Below are positions 28,876-37,127 of a stretch of 64,000 nt of DNA, one piece after another. Both the position numbers and the translations under genes were made by a program. Every line of letters starts with the position of its first letter. The stretch's first letter is position 1. The DNA is taken from the IMG/VR virus record IMGVR_UViG_3300020069_000003, positions 13,481-77,480 of that record, one strand, 5' to 3'. Source of the stretch: a virus (lineage: Duplodnaviria > Caudoviricetes). The notes below the pieces were generated by a model. The model had not been told where the DNA came from. It saw nothing but the letters and a program-made list of their open reading frames with translations, and made no database searches.

Positions 28876-29814
28876 GTGGAACAACCGAACAAGTACAACC
28901 AGTCGCTGGACGACATGGCCGAGTACCTGAACATCCTGTACTACGGCGACCCCGGGTCGGGCAAGACCTCCGCCGCCGCCGCCATGGCTCATCTCGGTAC
29001 GGTCTACCTGCTGGACGTCGAGTCCGGCGCCAAGAAAAAGCCGCTGCGCAAGCTGGGTATCCCGGTCCAGCGGATCCGGCCGGTGACGATCGCCTGCTAC
29101 AAGGACATCGACGACTTCTACTGGTACCTCAAGCAGGAGCTGGAGGACGGCGCCGACGTCGCGGGCGTGGTGTTCGACTCGATCACCGAGATCCACGATA
29201 CCCTGATCGCCGAGCAGGTGGGCGTTCGGCACGCCAAGGCTGTGAAGAAGGTCACCGCGCGCGACGGGTCCCTGATCCAGGACGTCGACGACAACGAGTT
29301 CCTAGTCGAACTCCCCGAGCGCGGCATCGTGACTGAGCAGCTGCGCCGGATCACCCGCCGGTTCCGCGATCTGCCGTGCCACACCGCGTTCACCGCGCTG
29401 GCCAAGCGCGACGTCGACGCGAACGGGGAGGGGGTGGTGTATCTGCCCCAGCTCCCGCCGAAGTTCGGCACCCAGCTGCGCGGTTTCGTGGACGTGGTCG
29501 GATACTGCTCGAAGGCCCCGTCGATCGATGACGCGTCCGGGTACCTGGGTGTGTTCCGGGACGTGGGCAAGTACAAGGGCAAGGACCGCCTGGGCGGTCT
29601 GCCGGTGGTGATGGCGGATCCGTCGTTCCACCGGGTGAACCAGGTGATCTTCGAGGAGCTGGACCTGGGGTCCGACCCCACCCAGTCCCGGTACCTGGAC
29701 CGGATCCAGGCCTCGCGCACGCCGGACCCGGCGCCGGAGGAACCCACCGGCCCGCAGCCGGAGAAGTTCGACGAGAACCAGCCCGCCGACGACCAGGAGT
29801 CGGCTGCCGCATAG
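28876..29814 (+). CDS. AAA ATPase (AAA_24, Sak4-like recombinase)
   Basis: ILYYGDPGSGKTS Walker A; VVFDSITE; FVDVVGY; KDRLG. Confidence 0.9.
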   Translation: MEQPNKYNQSLDDMAEYLNILYYGDPGSGKTSAAAAMAHLGTVYLLDVESGAKKKPLRKLGIPVQRIRPVTIACYKDIDDFYWYLKQELEDGADVAGVVFDSITEIHDTLIAEQVGVRHAKAVKKVTARDGSLIQDVDDNEFLVELPERGIVTEQLRRITRRFRDLPCHTAFTALAKRDVDANGEGVVYLPQLPPKFGTQLRGFVDVVGYCSKAPSIDDASGYLGVFRDVGKYKGKDRLGGLPVVMADPSFHRVNQVIFEELDLGSDPTQSRYLDRIQASRTPDPAPEEPTGPQPEKFDENQPADDQESAAA

Positions 29815-29890
29815 GGATTGACTCCCTGGCAAGCTGTCAATTACTATGGGGCCAGCAGACGGAACTGGCCGCCGCGAGAGGATACACGAA

Positions 29891-30364
29891 ATGCCCAAGC
29901 TGAGCACCGCAACCGCCACCAAGGTCGAAGAGGCCGAGGACTCCTTCAAGCCGATCCCGGAGGGGATCTACAACGCCGTGCTGGACGGCGAGGTGGAGGT
30001 GAAGGACGGCACGAACGGTCCCTACTGGAAGTGGACCTTCAAGATCACCGAAGAGGGCTACGAGGGCCGCCAGCAGTGGCTGAACACGTCGCTGTCGGAG
30101 AAGGCGCTGTGGAAGCTGAAGGAGGTCTTCGAGGCCTTCGGCTACCCGGCCGACACCAACACCGACGACCTGATCGGCAAGCCGGTCAAGCTGATGATCG
30201 TTCAGAAGATCATCGACGGCGGCACCCGCAAGGGAGACACCGGCAACGACATCCGGCAGGTCCTGCCGCACAACCAGGCCACGACCGACGCCCCGGCGGC
30301 GTCCGGTGGCGCCAAGGCCAAGTCGAAGGCCAAGACCGCCGAGGAAGACGTCCCGCTGTTCTAG
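29891..30364 (+). CDS. DUF669-like ssDNA-binding protein
   Basis: FKPIPEGIY, SEKALWKLK and DLIGKPVK; acidic DVPLF tail. Confidence 0.85.
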   Translation: MPKLSTATATKVEEAEDSFKPIPEGIYNAVLDGEVEVKDGTNGPYWKWTFKITEEGYEGRQQWLNTSLSEKALWKLKEVFEAFGYPADTNTDDLIGKPVKLMIVQKIIDGGTRKGDTGNDIRQVLPHNQATTDAPAASGGAKAKSKAKTAEEDVPLF

Positions 30365-30386
30365 ACGCGCGGGCGTAGAAACACCG

Positions 30387-30423
30387 CAGCCCCCGCCGTT
30401 CCCGTATCGGACGGCGGGGGCTG
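30387..30423 (+). terminator. Hairpin terminator
   Basis: CAGCCCCCGCCGT/ACGGCGGGGGCTG. Confidence 0.65.
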
Positions 30424-30478
30424 CCCTATCTCCGATACACTCGGGCCTAGTCTCTCCAACAATTAAGCGGGTGGGCGT

Positions 30479-32941
30479 GTGCGTAACGAGCGGGTAGAGC
30501 AGCAGTGGCTGGAGCTGTTCGAGCAGGGGGTCTGGGTGTTCCCCCTGCCCGCTGGAGGAAAGAACCCTGGGGATCTGGGGGTGAAGTGGCAGAAAACCTG
30601 GGTCGAGAAGGGGCGCAACCCCTGGCCCCAGCTGGCTGCCGCGCAGTTCGACGCCGAGGGGCTGTGGATGGCCTGCGGTCAGGTGTCCAAGCGGGTGGTG
30701 CTGGACATCGACAAGCCCGAGGCCGGAGAGTACTGGCGAGACAAGATCGGGGCCAAGGTCTACGACCGGGCACTGCGGGTCACCACTGGCAAGGGCTACC
30801 ACCTGCACTTCCGCATCCCGCCGGACGACGCCCGCGAGTGGCCCAGCCACTCCGATAACGAACTGGGGTACGACCTGCGGGGGGACGGGGGTGGTGTAGT
30901 GATCCCGCCGTCCGTACACGCTTCCGGACGTACGTACGAGTGGGCGGGCGGCGAGCTGCTCGACGTCCCGGAGGCCCTACGCCACCCCACCCGCGCGACT
31001 GCGTCCAACGTTAAATCACTGGACCGGGCGCGGGAGAAGCGGGAGCCGGGCAGCACGCTCACCGGCCTGCTGGCGGATCCGCCTAGCGAGGGCGGACGCA
31101 ACAACTGGCTGACCAAGGTGGGCGGGCATCTGGCCAAGCTGTGGCCGGGCCCGATGCAGGACGCTTATCTGCAGCTGATGCAGTACATCGGCCAGAATCT
31201 GCCGGACCCGATGGACGACGGCGAGATGGCCAAGACCGCCGAGTCGGTGTGGGATCGGGAGAAGAACCACTCGGGTGTCCTGTCGCACGAGGCAGAGTCG
31301 GGCTGGCTGGCCGGTCGCGACGGCAAGCTGTACACGCGTCGCAAGGGCGAGGACGGCAACATTCACGTGGTCGAGTGGGCAGACTTCGACGTCAAGGCCA
31401 GGCGGGTGGTGCAGGAGCAGGAAGAACGGGTGTTCTATGTCGACATCCACACCGCCCACACCACCTACCTCAACGAGCCCCTGCGGGCGGAGGTACTCGG
31501 CAGCATCAACCGCCTGAACGTCTGGCTGGCGGCTCACCACATCGGCATCGTGGGCCACCCGCAGGACCTGTGCAAGGTGGCGTACGGTACCCGCCTGATC
31601 CGCTACCTGCTGGCACAGAACCCGGAGGAGGGGCGCATAGCCGATTTCTACGGGCAGCAGGAGGACGGCTCGTTCCTTACGCCGAACGGGCTGATCGAGG
31701 AGGGTGGTGTGACGCCCCACCGGACGGTGGTACCGGCGGCCCATCTGTCCGGCTGGGTAGGGTACCACTACGGGACCTGCCCCAAGGACGAGGCGGTGGA
31801 GGTGCTGCGCGAGGTGCTGACTTTCCAGGAGGAGACTGCCGCCTCGGTGTTCGGCGCCTGGTGGGCGATGTCGATTCTGAAGGGGCGCTACCCGGCCTCT
31901 CTGTTCCCGTTCATGCTGCTGGAGGCGGGTTCGGAGTCGGGCAAGACCACCGGGTTCTTCGCCATGATGGTGGCGCTGGCAGGCTCGCGGGACGGCGCGG
32001 GCCAGCACACCCCCGCCAGCTTCCGTGACGCCGTTGCCGCCCACCGCAACGGTATCGCGTGGCTGGACGACCTGACCGACGTGTCCGGCGGGCAGGTGGT
32101 GGACATCATCCGACAGGCTACGTCGGAGGGCACCCGGGGCAAGAAAGGCCAGGACTCTAGGAAGACCGAGCGGGTGTCTCTGCTGTCTCCTATCCTGGTG
32201 TCGGGCGAGGGCTCGGGCACGATGATGTCTGAGAAGGCGATGCACGACCGGGCGGTAAAGCTGACGTTCGAGTCCCCCAAGGGGCGCCGGTCGCTGCGGG
32301 ATCCGGACCGCCCCCAGTGGGACGACGTGGTGGCCCTGACGGCGCGGTACGGGGGCCACACGTCCGGCCTCACAGCGGTGGCCGGTACCCTCGTGGCCCA
32401 GGTGCTGTCCGAGACCCCCCGTTTGTCTCTCCTGGCCTCTCTGCGGCCAGCGGGAGCCGGGCGGCACGCGGACAAGATGGCGATTCTTCGGATGGGTGCC
32501 CGCATCCTGGCGGCGGTGACCGGTGACGAGGACCACGTGAAGCGGGTGGACGACTGGGTGGAGACCCAGGTGGATACCGGCGCGGCGAACCTGGCGGTGA
32601 ATGTGATCATCCCGTGGGCGCTGCGCAGCGCAGGGGGTGGTGTACCGGTCTCGGCCCGGATGTGGCAGCCGGTGTACCTGGATGAGCGCTCCGGGGTTAT
32701 CTGGGTGTCCATCCCCCGGCTGGCGGACGCCTGGCACAACCGGCAGAACCTGTCGGCTCGGGAGCGCCAGCTGGGGACGGAGGAGGCCATCCGTACCGAG
32801 CTGCGGGCGGTGGTGGGGGACACCTTGGGCAAGACCAAGCACGTGGACGCCGAGGGCACGAAGAAGCGGTACGTGGCGCTCCCAGTGGAGCTGACCGGGA
32901 CCGTCCTGGAACGGGCGGGTGTGGACGTAGACGAAGACTGA
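30479..32941 (+). CDS. Bifunctional primase-polymerase fused to PriCT and helicase-like domains
   Basis: VFPL..GGKNP, VLDID, GYHLHF, DLRGDGGGVVIPPSVHASG, EGGRNNWL and GSESGKTT. Confidence 0.9.
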   Translation: MRNERVEQQWLELFEQGVWVFPLPAGGKNPGDLGVKWQKTWVEKGRNPWPQLAAAQFDAEGLWMACGQVSKRVVLDIDKPEAGEYWRDKIGAKVYDRALRVTTGKGYHLHFRIPPDDAREWPSHSDNELGYDLRGDGGGVVIPPSVHASGRTYEWAGGELLDVPEALRHPTRATASNVKSLDRAREKREPGSTLTGLLADPPSEGGRNNWLTKVGGHLAKLWPGPMQDAYLQLMQYIGQNLPDPMDDGEMAKTAESVWDREKNHSGVLSHEAESGWLAGRDGKLYTRRKGEDGNIHVVEWADFDVKARRVVQEQEERVFYVDIHTAHTTYLNEPLRAEVLGSINRLNVWLAAHHIGIVGHPQDLCKVAYGTRLIRYLLAQNPEEGRIADFYGQQEDGSFLTPNGLIEEGGVTPHRTVVPAAHLSGWVGYHYGTCPKDEAVEVLREVLTFQEETAASVFGAWWAMSILKGRYPASLFPFMLLEAGSESGKTTGFFAMMVALAGSRDGAGQHTPASFRDAVAAHRNGIAWLDDLTDVSGGQVVDIIRQATSEGTRGKKGQDSRKTERVSLLSPILVSGEGSGTMMSEKAMHDRAVKLTFESPKGRRSLRDPDRPQWDDVVALTARYGGHTSGLTAVAGTLVAQVLSETPRLSLLASLRPAGAGRHADKMAILRMGARILAAVTGDEDHVKRVDDWVETQVDTGAANLAVNVIIPWALRSAGGGVPVSARMWQPVYLDERSGVIWVSIPRLADAWHNRQNLSARERQLGTEEAIRTELRAVVGDTLGKTKHVDAEGTKKRYVALPVELTGTVLERAGVDVDED

Positions 32942-32950
32942 TCCCGGCCC

Positions 32951-33285
32951 TGGAACAGCCGGGTGTGTTCCATGTGCCCCCTCCCTATGTTCCGTTTGCA
33001 GCGCGTTACTGTTCTGTAACGCGCTGCAACTGTGTTTGGACACCTCATCCTACAATGGAACACACATGGAACATATATCTACTTTAAGAAGGAACATAGG
33101 TATGTTCCATGTGCTGCATAGGGTGTGACCTGCGGTGCGATACATGATGGAACGGGTGGAACAGTCTCTCGGGGAGAAGCCTCGTGTGTGTGCGCTCTCG
33201 GATGAGTGCGTGCGTGCGATATCCCCGGCTTTTTGCGGGAGGTGTTCCATCCCCCCCGGAACGGCCTCCTGGGGGCCCGTTCCCT
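32951..33285. repeat. Putative replication origin with GGAAC(A)/TGTTCC iterons
   Basis: About 12 GGAAC/GTTCC units, a GGAACATA-GG-TATGTTCC palindrome, a 14-bp hairpin and locally lower GC, directly after the primase gene. Confidence 0.6.
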
Positions 33286-33298
33286 GGGTTTTATCCGG

Positions 33299-33388
33299 GC
33301 CGGAATTGACAGCCTGGCAACTGGTCCGGTACCGTGGTCCCCAGAACGAGATGAACGGCAGTGGGTTACCCCAGTTATCGGAACCGGC
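33299..33388 (+). ncRNA. Short Y-RNA-like element
   Basis: GAGATGAACG...GGTTACC unit, with a GTTATCG 3' strand; ends uncertain. Confidence 0.45.
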
Positions 33389-33450
33389 TAGTACCGCCCG
33401 CAGCCAAATCCGTTTCTCGTTCGCAAGACAGCACAGACACACGTACATAC

Positions 33451-33514
33451 GGTCCGAATTGACGCAGATCGGTTACCTGGCATGGAGAATCCGGCCTGCA
33501 CCCGTTATTCGGAC
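33451..33514 (+). ncRNA. Short Y RNA without a tRNA-like domain (YrlB-like)
   Basis: GTCCGAATTGA pairs with TTATTCGGAC; shares CGCAGATCGGTTACC with the 33726 RNA. Confidence 0.6.
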
Positions 33515-33550
33515 GACCGTTTGAAGCACGACAGCCCCACCTGGTCTCCA

Positions 33551-33691
33551 GACCAGCCGAGATGAACGAGTGTCGGTTACCGTCTCAAAACCGGACAACG
33601 CGGGTTCGAATCCCGTCGCCGTCTCCGGACGGTGTAGTGTAGCGGCCTAACACGTTAAACCCGGCAGTCACCCCAGCTTTCTCGGCTGGTC
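33551..33691 (+). ncRNA. yrlA: YrlA-type Y RNA 1 (permuted tRNA-like domain)
   Basis: GACCAGCCGAGA/TCTCGGCTGGTC terminal stem; T arm GCGGG-TTCGAAT-CCCGT; closed acceptor hairpin CGCCGTC-TCCG-GACGGTG; D arm GTGT...ACAC. Confidence 0.85.
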
Positions 33692-33725
33692 CCACCAGGG
33701 CACGGCCACGCACCACCCCGGATCT

Positions 33726-33838
33726 ACCGGGCGAGATGAACGCAGATCGGTTACCACTGTTAATGGAGTGTTGCAGGTTCGAGTCCTGTCGCCAGCCCCC
33801 GGGCGGCGTAGCTTAACTGGCAAAGCACTTATCCCGGT
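33726..33838 (+). ncRNA. yrlA: YrlA-type Y RNA 2
   Basis: ACCGGGCGAG/CTTATCCCGGT Ro-type stem; CCA-CTGTTAA-TGG; T arm GCAGG-TTCGAGT-CCTGT; acceptor hairpin; D arm GCTT...AAGC. Confidence 0.85.
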
Positions 33839-33869
33839 CCGCACGTCCCTTTTCTCGTCCGGCCCAGGA

Positions 33870-33933
33870 GGGCCAGTAGCTCAACACGGCAGAGCGGCGC
33901 AGGTTGCGGGTTCGAACCCCGCCTGGTCCACCA
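33870..33933 (+). ncRNA. tRNA-like RNA lacking the anticodon arm, with encoded CCA
   Basis: GGGCCAG/CTGGTCC acceptor, TA, D arm GCTC...GAGC, 10-nt linker, T arm GCGGG-TTCGAAC-CCCGC, then A-CCA. Confidence 0.75.
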
Positions 33934-34007
33934 GCCCGGCCCGTAACCCCCCCCCCGGCGGGCCGGGTGTCTTATTCGCACAACGAATTGAAGGGAGCAT
34001 CACCGCC

Positions 34008-35693
34008 ATGTCTGACGCACTGTCCAGGCACAACCCGTACGATCCGCCGCAGACCCAGCCGCTGCCGGGTCGCGAAACCGAGATGGTTCGCAACCCCGAG
34101 GGCGGCTACGTCTTCGTCAAGGACGTGTGGACCCGGCTGTCCGATTTCCTGGTGCTGGGTACCGAGGGCGGGACCTACTACGCCGACGAGCGCACCCACA
34201 CCTACCAGAACATCGAGGCGGTGCGGCTCGCGCTGCTGGAGGACGGCCCCCGGGCGGTCCAGACCGCAGTGGAGTACTCCACCGGACGCCCGCCCCGCGC
34301 CCCGCGCAACCACCCGGCCCTGTACGTCGTCGCCTACGCGCTGGCGGCGGGCGACCTGGAGACCAAGCGGGCGGCGGCCAAGGCCGTGCCCAAGGTCGCC
34401 CGCACCACCGACCACCTCGCCCACCTGTTCGGCTACTGGAAGCAACTCAGCTCGAAGCCGGGCGGGCGGGGTGGTGCAGGGCGCGCCCCGGTCGGTGCGA
34501 ACTCCCGGGCGACCCGCCGTGCCTGGATCAGCTGGTTCACGGACCGCACGCCGGAGCAGGTGGCGTACACCCTGCTGAAGGGACGGTCCCGCAAGACCGG
34601 GTCGGGCGAGGACTTCAGCCCCGGACACCTGCTGTCGCTGGTCCGGCCGGTGCCGTCGAACGAGGCCGAGCAGGCGCTGTACGCACTGGCCACCGGCCGC
34701 AAGACCCCGATGGAGGTGTCGGGCCACTTCGCCGCCGCGAAGGCCTTCTACGAGGCGCAGCGTGCGGACACCCCGGCCAAGGCGGTCAAGGTGATCAACG
34801 CCTACCACGTCCCGTGGGAGTTCCTGCCGGACGAGGTGCTGAAGGACGCCAGGGTGTGGCGGGCGCTGATCCCCCACCTGGGCATGACCGCCCTGATCCG
34901 CAACCTCGCCCGGATGACCAGTCTCGGGGTGTTCGAGCCGTTCGACGAGTCGGTGGGGCGGGTGGTGTACCGACTGACCGACGCGGGCGAGCTGCATCGG
35001 GGCCGAATCCACCCGTTCGATCTGCTGCTGGCGCGTCTGGTGTACTCTTCCGGGTTCGCCCAGCCGAATCTGAAGGCACCGGCCCGTACCTGGGTGCCGG
35101 ACGGACAGATAGTCGATGCGCTGGATCTGGCGTACACGCTGGCCGTCCAGGTTGCCGACAAGTCCCCCGGCCGCCTGGTCGTCGCGGTCGACTCATCCGG
35201 TTCGATGGGCCAGATGGTCCGGCACGGCGGGTCCCACCTCGGGTCGTGCTACCACCTCGGTACGGCGGTCGCGGCCACCCTGATGCGCAGCTTCGACGGC
35301 GACTGCTACCCGGTCGAGTTCGACAGCGTCTGCAGGCCGTCGAAGCTGCGGGCGGGGATGTCGCTGGGCGAGATCTACAGCCTGCGGCACGACGGCGGCG
35401 CCACCGACTGCTCCGCCCCGATCGAGTGGGCGCTGCGGAACAACGTCGTGTGCGATGCGTTCGTGCTGATCACCGACAACGTCAGCTGGTCGGGCAACCG
35501 CCACACCTCGAAGGTCCTGGAGGACTACCGGCGCTCGATCAACCCCCAGGCGCGTGTGATCGTGTCGGCGATGGTGGCGAACGGACACTCGGTGGCCGAT
35601 CCGACGGACCCGGGTGTGGTCAACGTCGGCGGTTTCGACTCCAGCCTGCCGACCCTGATCGCGGGCTACATGCGGACCGGCGGCGCGTTCTGA
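34008..35693 (+). CDS. rsr: Ro60 / TROVE-domain RNA-binding protein (Rsr) with a vWA domain
   Basis: NPEGGYVF, FLVLGTEGGTYY, MTALIRNLARM, IHPF, VAVDSSGSM, GATDCS.PI and FVLITDN motifs. Confidence 0.97.
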   Translation: MSDALSRHNPYDPPQTQPLPGRETEMVRNPEGGYVFVKDVWTRLSDFLVLGTEGGTYYADERTHTYQNIEAVRLALLEDGPRAVQTAVEYSTGRPPRAPRNHPALYVVAYALAAGDLETKRAAAKAVPKVARTTDHLAHLFGYWKQLSSKPGGRGGAGRAPVGANSRATRRAWISWFTDRTPEQVAYTLLKGRSRKTGSGEDFSPGHLLSLVRPVPSNEAEQALYALATGRKTPMEVSGHFAAAKAFYEAQRADTPAKAVKVINAYHVPWEFLPDEVLKDARVWRALIPHLGMTALIRNLARMTSLGVFEPFDESVGRVVYRLTDAGELHRGRIHPFDLLLARLVYSSGFAQPNLKAPARTWVPDGQIVDALDLAYTLAVQVADKSPGRLVVAVDSSGSMGQMVRHGGSHLGSCYHLGTAVAATLMRSFDGDCYPVEFDSVCRPSKLRAGMSLGEIYSLRHDGGATDCSAPIEWALRNNVVCDAFVLITDNVSWSGNRHTSKVLEDYRRSINPQARVIVSAMVANGHSVADPTDPGVVNVGGFDSSLPTLIAGYMRTGGAF

Positions 35694-36055
35694 TGACCCG
35701 CCGGGACGAGTTCGTACGCTGGGACGGGGACAAGCGGGTGTCGAACCCGCTAGACCAGTGGGAGGGCGACTGGAACGGTCTGTCAGCCCGCGACCTGACC
35801 GGCCGGGAGATCGAACCCGGTATGTGGCTGGTCAAGGCCTACCAGTCTGGTCGCTCCAGCAACCTGGAGATCCGTCAGGTGCGGGAGGTCCGTACGGTCA
35901 CCTCCAAAGACTGGGACGGCAACAAGATCGTGTCCGAGCCCCGGGTGTTCCTGGACACCTCGAAGGTACCGGTGCAGTACCCCGGCCGGTGTCTGATCGT
36001 CGACTGGGATCCGGTGCTGGAGGCAGTCCGCACCCGAGCGGGCGGGGTGGTGTAA
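35693..36055 (+). CDS. Hypothetical protein (SH3-like)
   Basis: DLTGREIEPGMWLV; TGATG coupling to Ro60. Confidence 0.6.
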   Translation: MTRRDEFVRWDGDKRVSNPLDQWEGDWNGLSARDLTGREIEPGMWLVKAYQSGRSSNLEIRQVREVRTVTSKDWDGNKIVSEPRVFLDTSKVPVQYPGRCLIVDWDPVLEAVRTRAGGVV

Positions 36056-36231
36056 GTGACCGCGTATCAGGTGTTCAAGATCCTGATCGTGGCGCCTGCG
36101 CTGTCTCTGATCGTGCTGGCGGCGTGCATGCCCCACCTGTCCGACAGGTTCGAGAAGGTGGCGGAGTGGGTCGGCGGCGTGCTGCTGGTCGTGATGGCGG
36201 TGGCCACGGTCTGTGAGCTGACGGTGTACTG

Positions 36232-36732
36232 ATGCCTCTGAAGGAGAGGGTCGAGGTGTTCTGGGACGGTACCCGGGTCGGCCGGGTACCGCTGCCCCAC
36301 GAGATCGAGGCGGTGGTCCTGCTGTCCGAGTCGTCGGGCGTCCGGGAGGTCTCGAAGAGGCTGGGCCTGCAGGAGCAACGGGCCCAGTACTGGATCCGGG
36401 GCGCGATGTACAAGCTGCACGCGGCCTGCTCCTCCGAGGCCCTGTACCAGCTGTACCGGCTGCAGCTGGTGAAGACCCCGTCGAACCCGTGGCTGCAGCC
36501 GATCCTGGAGCCCGACCAGCGCGACCTGCTGTACATGCTGTGCCGGGAGGGCCTGAACTACGACCAGGTAGCCGCCCGCCTGAAGATCGGACACAACCAG
36601 GTCGGTAACCGGACCCGGTACATGTTTGAGATCTTGGGGGCGACCCACCGGGTCCAGGCCCTGCGTCTGGCGGTAGAGCGCGGGGACGTCAGGATACGGC
36701 CGCCGAAGGACCTGTGGAAGGGGGTGGTGTAG
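36232..36732 (+). CDS. Tandem LuxR/GerE-type HTH regulator
   Basis: Two HTH units; VAARLKIGHNQV...ILGATHRVQAL..AVERG. Confidence 0.8.
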   Translation: MPLKERVEVFWDGTRVGRVPLPHEIEAVVLLSESSGVREVSKRLGLQEQRAQYWIRGAMYKLHAACSSEALYQLYRLQLVKTPSNPWLQPILEPDQRDLLYMLCREGLNYDQVAARLKIGHNQVGNRTRYMFEILGATHRVQALRLAVERGDVRIRPPKDLWKGVV

Positions 36733-36850
36733 GGTGACTGTGCACATTACGGCGGCCGGGGTTCTCCAGACCATCGGGGCGCTGGCGGTCGTGGCGGCGG
36801 TGGTCGCCGTCATCGCGGTGCTGGTGTTCTTTCACGACTGAGGAGTCAAG

Positions 36851-37042
36851 TTGTCAGACCACATCCCGGTTACGGTGGCGTACGACCACCCGGCCAACGC
36901 GGGACAGCCGAACCCCCGCACCCAGTACACGGTGTCGATGGACCCGGACGCCGTCGGCCAGGTGCTGATCCTGCTGGACGCACTGGACGGCGCCGACCCG
37001 GACCGGATCGACGAGGTACAGCAGCTGCTGACCCAGCTGTAG
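36851..37042 (+). CDS. Hypothetical protein
   Basis: AGGAG RBS. Confidence 0.5.
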   Translation: MSDHIPVTVAYDHPANAGQPNPRTQYTVSMDPDAVGQVLILLDALDGADPDRIDEVQQLLTQL

Positions 37043-37090
37043 CACGTACCGGCCCCAGCCTGCGGTGTCGAGCGGGCCGGGGCCTCATAC

Positions 37091-37120
37091 TTGACAAATA
37101 GACAAAGATGGGGATAGACT
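37091..37120 (+). promoter_or_regulatory. Promoter for a leaderless helicase mRNA
   Basis: TTGACA-N18-TAGACT, ATG 7 nt later. Confidence 0.75.
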
Positions 37121-37127
37121 GCTCCCT

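Noticed and set aside
23159-29441. KOPS (GGGNAGGG) as the explanation for the G-rich motif
   Set aside because: Only a few copies match, and the conserved part (TGGTG) is absent from KOPS.
33050-33524. ORFs across the origin and Y-RNA region
   Set aside because: Composition is atypical, there are no motifs, and they overlap iterons and RNA elements.
33348-33755. CRISPR array from the repeated GAGATGAACG...GGTTACC units
   Set aside because: The repeats have variable cores and irregular 100-200 nt spacing, the intervening sequence folds as tRNA-like domains, and there are no cas genes. Y RNA next to Ro60 explains them.
33551-33838. Canonical tRNA-Leu and tRNA-Asn genes
   Set aside because: Arm order is permuted, the acceptor is closed by a loop and there is no free CCA end.
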